The notes below the pieces were generated by a model that was given only the letters and a program-made list of their open reading frames with translations, was not told where the DNA came from and made no database searches. This document shows, in pieces, positions 1 through 9,039 of a stretch of 64,000 nucleotides of DNA. This stretch comes from Desulfosudaceae bacterium (GTDB taxonomy: Bacteria > Desulfobacterota > Desulfobacteria > Desulfobacterales > Desulfosudaceae), in assembly GCA_963674745.2 (NCBI GenBank), contig CAXXDV010000001.1, positions 2,630,361 to 2,694,360 on the forward strand, written 5' to 3'. The position numbers and the translations under genes are program-made. The number at the start of each line of letters is the position of its first letter. Position 1 is the first letter of the stretch.

Positions 1-840
1 CGTGTAATTCTTACTTCGGCCGTCACTGAAATTAATGACCAGGGCTTTCGCCTGGTTGTTTGTATTCACCAGGCTGACACCGGTCCAGAAGTTATTGTTT
101 GAAGCGATGTGTGAAATGTAAATGTTCGACGTGTTGATTTCTTTTACAGCCGGTATGGCCGTCCTGTATGCTCCTGATTGAAAGAATTTCGTATAACCTT
201 CAACCTCGGCAACCGTATTCGTGGAAAAAACGATGTAACCGATATTGGCGTGGTTGACAAAGTCATTGGCAACAGTGATTTGTTTGCGGCCCCGGGGCCC
301 AAGCGTAACGTCCATGACCTCCAGGAGGACACCACTGTTGCTTTTGGCCTTCAGCGTACCGTTGAGGGTCTGATTGGTACTGGTATTGATAATCGCAATC
401 TCCGTCTGCCAGGGCGACCGCGTGGTAACATGCGGGAAATAAAGATAGGTGACGTCCAAGGTATCAATGAAATACGCGGTCACGGATTTACTCTGTGAGG
501 CCGTGTTAACCGTTATCGAGTTGGTGGTGTATATAACCGTGCTGCCATTGGCCTCGACTTTCCAGTAGTCAAAGGCATACCCCGTTGCCGGGACCGCCGT
601 CAACGTATAAGTATCGCTGCACGTATAATCCGCGGGATAGTACGGTGGAATGGGGTTACCGGAAAAATCATTAGAGGACATATCACCACCACCGGCTGGG
701 CTGACATTCACGGTCAGCGCTGGGCCAGGTCAGGCGGCGGTTGCCGCACCGGGCATGATCAGGGTGATACAAGAGAAGGCAAGGATCAGGCAAAACAAAA
801 GAAGGCTTTTGTGGTTTAAAAAATGCGTTTTATATATCAT
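1..840 (-). CDS. Secreted paralog C (5' part, runs off the window): signal peptide, in-frame UGA (candidate Sec37), InlB-B-repeat-like domain, FPH...WxT repeats
   Basis: Hand translation: AAGGA RBS, ATG 840, MIYKTHFLNHKSLLLFCLILAFSCITLIMPGAATAA-TGA(730-732)-PGPALTVNVSPAGGGDMSS...YTCSDTYTLTAVPATGYAFDYW...YLYFPHVTTRSPWQTEIAIIN..., open to base 1 and clearly homologous to the two upstream paralogs. Absent from the ORF track. Confidence 0.85.
700..718 (-). promoter_or_regulatory. Candidate bacterial SECIS hairpin of paralog C
   Basis: GCTGAC-CGTGAAT-GTCAGC, a 6-bp stem starting 11 nt after TGA 730-732; possible lower stem ACC(U)GGC/GCCGGU. Confidence 0.7.
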
Positions 841-896
841 GTTTTTTTCCTTGTTTGTTGAAAAAATTGAACATTAACGAACGGAACGCAAGCCCA

Positions 897-2690
897 TCAG
901 TGTAAGGCTGGAAGCCCGTCCATCAGCAATCCGTCTGAAGAGGCGGTTAACTGAAACCCCACGATATTTTTGCTTGAGGTAAAGGCAATGTAACCGGCAA
1001 AAGAAACGTTCTGGGGTGCAAAGAAATTTTCCACCAGGTCCACTTTTTTGGCAAGACTGCCCACGGTGAAAGTGCGGGAGGCCAATGCCACGCCTTCGTT
1101 GGTGTAGGCTGTCAGCGTAATTGTAGCATCACCGGCTTCCGCGTTGACAAAGGCGATACCGGTCCATCCGTCGGCTTCGATTTTGGGGAAAATACCCTGC
1201 CTGGCCCCGGCACCGTTTCTTTCAGCGTAGGCGGCCATTTTATTGTTATCCAGGGTGCCGAAAAGTTCAAAACCGACCAGGGGCTGGGAAGCGTTGATCT
1301 TGAACCAGGCTGTCTCGGATGGCAGGTTAAGACCCCTAACCACACCGATATATTTTTCTTTTCCGCCGAGTACAAGTGTGGATTGGGTCAGCATTGCTCC
1401 TGTTACACTATAAGGGGTAATCGTAATCTGCGTGCTCAAGTTCCATGGATTGTAGGCGACGACACCTGTCCACCAGAAGGCCATATTGGCGATATGGGGA
1501 TAGTAAACGACGGAGGTGGTATCATCCGTCAGCAGAATGCCATCCAGATGCTTTAAACCGCCGAACATTTCCATGCCGAGAATGCCGTAGGCATTGGTGA
1601 TCACGGCAGACTGGATATCCGGTTGTGATCCACCCATCAGGCTGGAGATCGTAAATGCTTTATGCTCTTTGGCGTCAAGGGTTATTACAGCGGTTCGTCC
1701 GTTGTTAAAGGTAATAACCGGATTTTGAGGCGCTGAATTTGTATTCAAAAGGCTGATACCGGTCCAGAACCGTTCGTTCGAGGCAATGTGCGGAATATAA
1801 ATATTCTGTGTGTTGACCTCGGTTGCCGCCGGTACTGCCGCCCGGTAGAGCCCTTCCTGTGAGAACTGGGTATACCCCTGAAGGCCGGTATCGGCGGCGT
1901 AAAAGATGACGTAGCCAATGTTATCATCGGATACAAAGGGGTTGGAAAAGTCAGTTACAACATTGTACTCCAGTCGCTCGTGGGGCGCAATCGTGACAGA
2001 TTTGGTCTCTATCAGTTCTCCGGAATCACTGAATGCTTTCAGTTTTCCATTGATGCTTTGGGTGGCGTTGGTATTGATTATACCGATGACCGTTTTCCAG
2101 GGGAGGTCCGCGTAGATATGGGAGAAGTAGAGCGCAGGTGTTCCCTCTACTTCATCACCGGGACCCTGGTCTGTGTCATCGCCACCATCACCGTCGTCGC
2201 CACCATCACCGTCATCACCACCATCACCGTCATCACCGTTATCACCACCACCGGTTCCCGGAGGCGGCTGCGCGCCCGTGTTTGAAAAGTGGGCTGTCAC
2301 ATATTTGCTGTCTGTTTCAATGTTCACGGTAACCGGGTTCTGAGTGGTTGTGGACACGGTAATTGTTTCGCCGGTACAAGCCACAGTGATCGTTTCAATT
2401 TCCCAGTAAACAAAAGAATACCCGTCTGCCGCATTTGCTTCCGCTCTTAACGTGTATTCGGAACTGGTTGAAAAATTTTCCGGATATGTGTAAGGTGGGC
2501 GACTGAAACTATAGCCGAAATCATCGGAATAGATATCACCGCCGCCGGCCGGGCTGACATCCACGGTCAGCTTGGGACCGCCTCAAGCCAGTGCCTTTCC
2601 GGGGGTTGCCACCACAATGATGGTTAACGCCCAAATCGTGCAAGCGACAAAAAAATTAAGACTATGGAAGAAGATATTATTTCGTCCCAT
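897..2690 (-). CDS. Secreted paralog B, 597 aa with in-frame UGA (candidate Sec36); InlB-B-repeat-like domain, Gly/Asp linker, four FPH...WxT beta-repeat domains
   Basis: AAGGAGG RBS, ATG 2690, MGRNNIFFHSLNFFVACTIWALTIIVVATPGKALA-TGA(2583-2585)-GGPKLT, in frame with track ORF 897..2564. Confidence 0.85.
2176..2250 (-). repeat. 18-bp tandem repeat encoding a (GDDGDG)n acidic linker
   Basis: Repeated ccaccatcaccgtc(g/a)tc units; protein GGGDNGDDGDGGDDGDGGDDGDGGDDT; absent from paralogs A and C. Confidence 0.85.
2553..2571 (-). promoter_or_regulatory. Candidate bacterial SECIS hairpin of paralog B
   Basis: GCTGAC-CGTGGAT-GTCAGC, 11 nt after TGA 2583-2585; possible lower stem CGGUC/GGCCG. Confidence 0.7.
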
Positions 2691-2728
2691 ATTGTTCCTC
2701 CTTATTCGGAAGTTTCGTCAACGAACAA

Positions 2729-4384
2729 TCAATCAAGGGCCGGCAGTCCGTCTAACATCTTGTCGTCGGAAGATCCGTTCAGCTGAAAACCCACGACGTT
2801 TCTGTCCGAACGAAAGCCGATGTAACTGGCAATCGAGATGTTGCTGTTGGAAAAGATGCTTTCCGCCATCTTGACCACTTTGGCATGGCTGTTGACTCTG
2901 AGTGTCGCCGTAGCCACGTTCATCCCGTCGTTCCGGTAAGCGGTCAGGGTCACATTGGCGGGGCTTACTTCTGTATTAACAAAAGCAATGCCCGTCCAAC
3001 CGTCCTTTTCAAGCTTGGCAAAAGCACCTTGCTTACTTCCGGCACCGCTTTGTTCTGCATAAGCCGCCAGTTTCTGGTTATCCAGGGTGCTGAACAGCTC
3101 GAATCCGACCATCGGCGAAGTGGCGGTCAACCTGAACCAGGCCGTCTGATCGGGAAGGTTAAGGTTTCTGACCAGGCCGATATATTTATCATTTGGCCCG
3201 ATACTGATGGTTGAACCGGTCAGCGCGTTTCCCAACTCGGAGTAAGGCGTGACGGTTATCGTGTTGGTCGTGTTCGACGGGTTATAACCGACGATACCGG
3301 TCCACCATGATCGGGTGTCGGCCACGTGGGGATAATATATGGTAATCACCGTGTCGTCCGAAAGTACAATGCCATCCAACTGCGTATTTGTGCCGAAAAG
3401 TTCCAGGCCGACAATACCGCTGGCATTGGTAATCCTGGCCGATTTGATGTTCGGTTGCGCTTCACCTCCGAACAGGCTGGCGATGGTAAACGCCTTATGC
3501 TCGTAAGGGTTAAGCGTGACATTAGCCTGGCGGCCGTCATTAAACAGAATCGTCAGTTTCTTGGTCACGGAGCCCGAGTTGACCAGGCTTATTCCGGTCC
3601 AGAAATTGTCGTTGGAGGCAATATGCGGCACATAAATGTCGCCCGTGTTCGCCTCTTTTATGGCGGGAACGGCGGTTCTGAATTTTCCTTCCTGGTAAAA
3701 TTTCGTGTAACCAACGGCACCTTCTCTATCTCCATGAAAGGTAATGTGCCCGATTTCTTCCGGGTTCGAAAACCAGTCGCCAATGTTCAGCTCTCTCCGA
3801 CCATGGGGATAAAGGGTGATCGATTTGTTATCTATTACCTGGCCGCTGTCAGTGTAGGCCCTCAACGTGCCGAGCATGTTCTGATCAGCATTGGTGTTGA
3901 TAATGCATATTTCCGTTTCCCATGGTGATTTGGTGGACACGTGTGGAAAAAACAGGGATGGCGCTTGGCTGAGCTCAAGAAAATAGGCCGTAACAGATTT
4001 TCCCTCTTCTAAAATACTGACGCTAATGGGATTCTGGGTGGAAAAATCGGTTGATGATACGGTATCACCCTGGCAGGTACTCGTTATGGTGTCGACTTGC
4101 CAGTAGGAGAACACATATCCTGTTTCCGAGTTGGGCATTGCCATCAGGGTATAGCTGGTTGCACTTGAAAAATTTTCCGGATACGTGCTTGGCATATTGT
4201 TATACGTATCAAATTGATTTGACATAATATCTCCGCCGCCTGCCGGGCTGACATCCACGGTCAGCTTTGGGCCGCCTCAGGCAAAAGCGTTACCCGGCGT
4301 CATAATAGCGGCGCAAACCATAACCGGCAGCGCAATTAAAAAGAAAATTGTCAGACATTTTTTAAGCATACGCTTGTGAATCAT
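2729..4384 (-). CDS. Secreted paralog A, 551 aa with in-frame UGA (candidate Sec36); InlB-B-repeat-like domain plus four FPH...WxT repeat domains
   Basis: GGGAG RBS, ATG 4384, MIHKRMLKKCLTIFFLIALPVMVCAAIMTPGNAFA-TGA(4277-4279)-GGPKLT, in frame with track ORF 2729..4258. Confidence 0.85.
4247..4265 (-). promoter_or_regulatory. Candidate bacterial SECIS hairpin of paralog A
   Basis: GCTGAC-CGTGGAT-GTCAGC, 11 nt after TGA 4277-4279. Confidence 0.7.
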
Positions 4385-4565
4385 TTTTAAGTCTCCCTAA
4401 ATTAGTGCAATTTTTTACTGCTCTGGTCCGTACAGAAAGCACTGCTGAGTGGACAGGTTTTCTAAGAACTTTTCCAGACCTTCAGACACCCGTTATATAA
4501 TTTTAACGATTATATAATCGGATGATGATATTTCCCAGCTTTTTGTCAAAAAAAATAACGCTGTT

Positions 4566-4594
4566 ATTATGGGTTTTTTTTTAAGCCCTGTCAA
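4566..4594 (-). promoter_or_regulatory. Sigma70-type promoter for the paralog operon
   Basis: TTGACA (4594-4589), 17 nt spacer, CATAAT (4571-4566). Confidence 0.5.
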
Positions 4595-4682
4595 TATTTC
4601 ATATGTATTTCGTAGAGAATTTTCAATTTACTGATATCATGAAGGATAATTTATTTTGAAGCCATTATCGGGGTTATCGTCT

Positions 4683-5507
4683 TCAGGTAACATCAATTTT
4701 TTGGTTCAGGCGTTCGATGGTGGCGTTGATGTAGTCGTTATCCTCAATGTCAGCCACTATCGCCTGGTTCGGACATATAACCGCACACCGGCCGCATCCC
4801 CGGCAATTGTCATTAATGCACGCGACCCCCTCTTCCATGCCGATGCCGTCAAATATGCAGACACCTTCTGCGGTACAGGCGCCGCATCCCACGCAATCTT
4901 CCGTGACAAGCATTTTCAGGCCGGGCATGCGGCTATAATGATTCCCCAGTAACGGGTGGCTGCCGACCAACCCCCGTGTAATACAACAGCAGGGGCAACA
5001 CATACAGATCGTGAACAGCTTATCGCCCGGACCGATGCTCAGCCAGACCGTGTCGAGCTTGCTTTTGCCCACTGAAAAAACCAGCCCTTGCGCAGAGGCA
5101 TTGCGGACATGCGCTATCGCCTCTTCTACCGTTGCTTCACGACCGAGGTCAGGATGAATATCCCGTGCCGGTTCACCCAGAAAGATGCAGCCGATTTCAT
5201 GGGGGTAAGTCTCACAGGGCATGCATTCCCGGCAAATGCACTTGTGCATGATAAAACGGTAGCTTGCCTTTTCGATAAAATGTTCCGCCACCTTTGAGGG
5301 GAGAATGGTGTCCGGCCCTTTGTCAATCTCCTGATTGATGGTGATCACATTGTCATTCGGCAGGCAATAAAGCTCATCTCCCTCAAAATATTTTTTTTCA
5401 ATCATCCTGGCGAAAATTTTCATCCTGGCAGGATTGTATCTGGGAAATTTTTTAGGAAAGAATTTTTTGTAAAAGGCGACCTTTTTCAGCTGTTTTGCTT
5501 TATCCAC
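4683..5507 (-). CDS. 4Fe-4S ferredoxin-domain protein with Cys-rich central domain
   Basis: CICR...C, CMCCPCCC, CVGCGAC and CRGCGRCAVICP motifs. Confidence 0.8.
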   Translation of the reverse strand: MDKAKQLKKVAFYKKFFPKKFPRYNPARMKIFARMIEKKYFEGDELYCLPNDNVITINQEIDKGPDTILPSKVAEHFIEKASYRFIMHKCICRECMPCETYPHEIGCIFLGEPARDIHPDLGREATVEEAIAHVRNASAQGLVFSVGKSKLDTVWLSIGPGDKLFTICMCCPCCCITRGLVGSHPLLGNHYSRMPGLKMLVTEDCVGCGACTAEGVCIFDGIGMEEGVACINDNCRGCGRCAVICPNQAIVADIEDNDYINATIERLNQKIDVT

Positions 5508-5579
5508 GGCGTTGATCCTGATTATATTCGTTGATATTAAATCTCGGCTTTTGGGGAATCAAAAGTTTCATACCGGCTA

Positions 5580-6347
5580 TTATTGGACAGGTTTTGAAAA
5601 AGCCTTTTTGGGAAGGTCGAGGTCAACCTGGACCTCTACAGGGATTGGGTCCGGAACACGGGCGTTGACCATGACATTTTCCGGAAGGCTGACCTGAAAC
5701 ACGTCATCAACCGGCAGGCTGACATGGGTCGTCAGGTCAAGCGGCAAAGTGAAGACCTTGTTCACATGAACGGTTACATCCTGTTTTATGCGCACGTCAG
5801 CCAGCGTCTTAATGTGAACTGTTCGTTTGAACGGGATCGTGATGTTAATCGGAAAGATTCCGCTTACCGGAAGACTGACATTTTTCAGCCCCCAGAGATT
5901 GGTCTGGACCATAACGTCTTTCAATGGGATTTCGGCTTCAATGGGAACTTCGGTTTCGACGAATATTTCCTGGTCTATGGGGATTGAAATGGTTACGTCC
6001 AGCGGCACCGTAAAGTCGCTGTCAACAGGCACTTCTACGTCCTGCTGAAAGGGGATGTCGGCTTCCAGGACTTTGGAAAGCCTGACGGGGATGGGTCCTT
6101 TTGCCTCCACTGCCACCGGTGACCATGACGGCATTCTGGCCTGAACGGTTTTATTCAGCTGGTAGGAGGCAATGGGGTCCGGTGCTTTGTGGTAAAGATA
6201 TCGGACAATGCTGAAAGATACCAGCATCAGCAGAACAAAGATCAGGCCGAGCACGATCATTATGCCGGCGGCCCAGGCCAGAATCAATCTGGGACGCAAC
6301 CTCAAAGTATAGAACTCGTCCGGAGTGCTTTTCGAGGGCTGATCCAT
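5580..6347 (-). CDS. Hypothetical single-pass membrane protein with periodic V/I-P beta repeats
   Basis: Start moved to MDQPSK (6347) to avoid overlap with the upstream gene; N-terminal TM helix; repeats such as VEVPVD, FTVPLD, ISIPID, TEVPIE. Confidence 0.7.
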   Translation of the reverse strand: MDQPSKSTPDEFYTLRLRPRLILAWAAGIMIVLGLIFVLLMLVSFSIVRYLYHKAPDPIASYQLNKTVQARMPSWSPVAVEAKGPIPVRLSKVLEADIPFQQDVEVPVDSDFTVPLDVTISIPIDQEIFVETEVPIEAEIPLKDVMVQTNLWGLKNVSLPVSGIFPINITIPFKRTVHIKTLADVRIKQDVTVHVNKVFTLPLDLTTHVSLPVDDVFQVSLPENVMVNARVPDPIPVEVQVDLDLPKKAFSKPVQ

Positions 6348-6393
6348 TATTTTTATATATCTGTACAAAAACAGCTTGTCAATGATTTCAAGG

Positions 6394-8295
6394 TTATTGA
6401 GCAGCGCCCCTGGCCATGAACGGCGGAATGGGGATGTCCATGGCATAGGCCACCGCCCGCAACACTTCCGCCTCACTGACAGCGACCCGGCCGTCAAACA
6501 GGACACACTGGCAGCAGGCATCAAAAACCGTTTTTTTGACCCCGGGTGAAGCCTGTGACAGTCGTTCCAGCGCCGCATGCAGCGTTTTGACCGAAACTTT
6601 GGCCGATATTGTAGTGGACTCAGCGCCTCTGATCGGCAAGGCAGTTATCGCCGCCTGAAAAGCCTTGTCCGCGGTTTCTTTATCATTTCCGGTCCGGGCC
6701 AGTATGGATATCAGGGCAATGATGTCTTCTGTCAGGGGGGTGATATTCTTATACAACGTTCTGGGTGAATTGTTGACAAAGACGGCCTCCAGCCGGTGCC
6801 GGATGATCTCTTTGACTGAGAATTCAAAAAGCGTAATCTTTTTGTCGGCCTCAATAAGGGCCTGAAGATAATTTTTGAAATCGTCGAATTGTTCCGGTGA
6901 CATCTGCCTCAGCGTAGGGATGGCAAGATCAAGGACCGGCAGCCTCAGTTCAACCGGAAGATCTTTTACGTAAAAGTCCACAATTTCCAGCTGTCGAACA
7001 AATGAAGACGGGGCGGTCTCTTTGAGTATGTTGTATTGATTTTCTTTTTCGGCCGGGTTTTTATCCAGAAGAAGGGCGCAGACCACGACCGATGCCCCGA
7101 GCATATCCCGGGTTTCATGCTTGATGGGTTCCGGAATCGCGTCCAGGATGACAGCACTGTAGGCGACATTTTCAGGGGTTATGTTACCCACCGTTTCCAT
7201 GGCGCTGTCGGGGTTGATGGAAACGTCTCCGCCAGCCTGAAAAGAAGCGTAAGGCTGCGGTCCACTGATACCTGAAATCCCGGGCGTTGCCGTTTCCTTC
7301 CCCGCAGCAAGGGTAAAGTCCCCCGAAAATCCCGGTTCGATCCTCTGGATTCTTTCGGCCAGTGGCGGATGGGTGGCGAAAAAAGAGTTGATGGCCTTGC
7401 CGAAAAACATATGACAGGCTTCTCCGGCGGCCGGGGAATTGATTTCTGAACCGTTTGACAGGCCGCCTATTTTTTTCAGCGCCTGGGCAATTCCCGTACT
7501 CCGGGTGAATTGAACCGCCGAGGCATCGGCCAGGTATTCCCGCTGGCGTGAAACAGCGCTTTGAATGAGCCGGCCGACCAGCACACCGCCATAACCGATA
7601 ACCAGCAAAAGCAGGGCGACAATGGCGATCTGGCCGCTTCCCTTGCTGCTCCTCCTTGAGCTATAGGACCGCCTGGAAGAACCCCGGAGCGCTATCCTGC
7701 CGATTGTGGCAATCGCCATAATACCGCCCAGCAGGCCGATTAACCGGATGTTCAATCGCATGTCGCCGTTTAAGATATGGCTGAATTCATGGGCGATGAC
7801 ACCCTGCAGCTCTTCCCGCGTCAGCCGCTGGCAGCACCCCCTGGTAACGCCGATGACCGCGTCATTGGGCGAAAATCCGGCCGCAAAGGCATTGATGCCC
7901 TCTTCATTTTCCAGCAGGTATACAGGCGGAACCGGTATGCCCGAGGCGATAGCCATTTCTTCCACCACGTTCAGGAGTTTTCGCTGATCCGGATCTTTTG
8001 TCGCCGTATTGACAAGGTCTCCGCCCAGTCCTTCGGCGATATAACTGCCGCCTTTTGAAAGTGCCGTCATTTTGATGATGCTGCCAACGCAGATAACGGC
8101 AAATGTGATGCCTGCGATGGTCAGAAACAGGTCAGGGTCGTAAAAGGTCAGTCCGGGAACAGAAGAATTGTACATGACCACCGCCATGATCGCGGCATAA
8201 ACGCCCAGAACCACAAGAAGCACGGCGACGATAAAGAGAAAAACCAGCATACCCGTTTTGGATCTGGCTTTATCTTGCTGCTGAAAGAAATCCAT
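6394..8295 (-). CDS. M48 (HtpX-like) zinc metalloprotease with C-terminal TerB-like extension
   Basis: NAFAAG, HEFSH zinc motif, SRQREYLADA, THPP; downstream of lemA. Confidence 0.9.
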   Translation of the reverse strand: MDFFQQQDKARSKTGMLVFLFIVAVLLVVLGVYAAIMAVVMYNSSVPGLTFYDPDLFLTIAGITFAVICVGSIIKMTALSKGGSYIAEGLGGDLVNTATKDPDQRKLLNVVEEMAIASGIPVPPVYLLENEEGINAFAAGFSPNDAVIGVTRGCCQRLTREELQGVIAHEFSHILNGDMRLNIRLIGLLGGIMAIATIGRIALRGSSRRSYSSRRSSKGSGQIAIVALLLLVIGYGGVLVGRLIQSAVSRQREYLADASAVQFTRSTGIAQALKKIGGLSNGSEINSPAAGEACHMFFGKAINSFFATHPPLAERIQRIEPGFSGDFTLAAGKETATPGISGISGPQPYASFQAGGDVSINPDSAMETVGNITPENVAYSAVILDAIPEPIKHETRDMLGASVVVCALLLDKNPAEKENQYNILKETAPSSFVRQLEIVDFYVKDLPVELRLPVLDLAIPTLRQMSPEQFDDFKNYLQALIEADKKITLFEFSVKEIIRHRLEAVFVNNSPRTLYKNITPLTEDIIALISILARTGNDKETADKAFQAAITALPIRGAESTTISAKVSVKTLHAALERLSQASPGVKKTVFDACCQCVLFDGRVAVSEAEVLRAVAYAMDIPIPPFMARGAAQ

Positions 8296-8409
8296 TATGT
8301 TTCACCATTTATATCATATCAGCCTCTGGTCGTGGCCCGAGGATAAAGCATTTCTCAACATGGAACAATCTGTTAACGCGCAGTAAAGTCAAATTTTTTA
8401 TCTTAAATT

Positions 8410-9000
8410 TTAAAAAGATACTTTGGGCGCTTTTCGTTCTTCTTCCGACTCGGTTGACTCGAGAAGCTCGGCCGCGGTGAAATTGAACATATTGGCGATA
8501 ATGCTGTTGGGGAATTTTTCACGGCCGATATTATAGGATGTGACCGCGTCGTTAAAGGCCTGCCGGGCAAAAGCGATCCGGTTCTCAGTGGAGGTCAGTT
8601 CCTCCTGGAGCGCCAGCATGTTTTCGTTGGCTTTCAAGTCCGGATAACTTTCTGACAGGGCGAAGATGCGGCCGAGGGCGCCGGAAAGCACGCCTTCAGC
8701 ACTGGCCAGTCCCTGCATGGCGCCTGGCTCCCCGGGGTTCCGGGCGGCTTTGTCACTGGCGCTCATGGCGCTGCTACGGGCCTTGATAACCGCCTCGAGG
8801 GCCTCACGTTCATGTTTCATATACCCCTTGGCGGTTTCGACCAGGTTGGGTATCAGGTCATAGCGGCGTTTCAACTGGACATCTATCTGAGAAAAAGCGT
8901 TCTTATAGCGATTTCTAAGGGTCACCAGGTTGTTGTACAGGCCGACGATAAAAATGATCAGCACCACAATAATGCCTAAAAAAACCAGAATCGCAATCAT
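8410..9000 (-). CDS. lemA: LemA family protein
   Basis: YNNLV...QIDVQLKRRYDLIPNLV, ESYPDLKAN; GGAGGAGG RBS before ATG 9000. Confidence 0.95.
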   Translation of the reverse strand: MIAILVFLGIIVVLIIFIVGLYNNLVTLRNRYKNAFSQIDVQLKRRYDLIPNLVETAKGYMKHEREALEAVIKARSSAMSASDKAARNPGEPGAMQGLASAEGVLSGALGRIFALSESYPDLKANENMLALQEELTSTENRIAFARQAFNDAVTSYNIGREKFPNSIIANMFNFTAAELLESTESEEERKAPKVSF

Positions 9001-9039
9001 TGATTCCTCCTCCAAATCGTTAAAAGATTATTATTTGTC

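Noticed and set aside
2138..2332. His/Arg-rich ORF on the plus strand
   Set aside because: It is the antisense reading of the Gly/Asp repeat linker.
2562..4258. GTG starts (MDVSPAGG) given by the ORF track
   Set aside because: They have no convincing RBS, lie inside the hairpin loop, and would remove the signal peptide and first beta-strand; strong RBS-ATG starts exist upstream in frame.
730..4279. Reading the three in-frame TGAs as nonsense mutations (pseudogenes) or sequencing errors
   Set aside because: The same codon occurs at the same position in three diverged paralogs, the frames are otherwise intact, and a conserved hairpin follows at a fixed distance.
4670..4685. Possible Sec read-through of the ferredoxin gene TGA
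   Set aside because: An in-frame TAA follows two codons later and there is no comparable hairpin.
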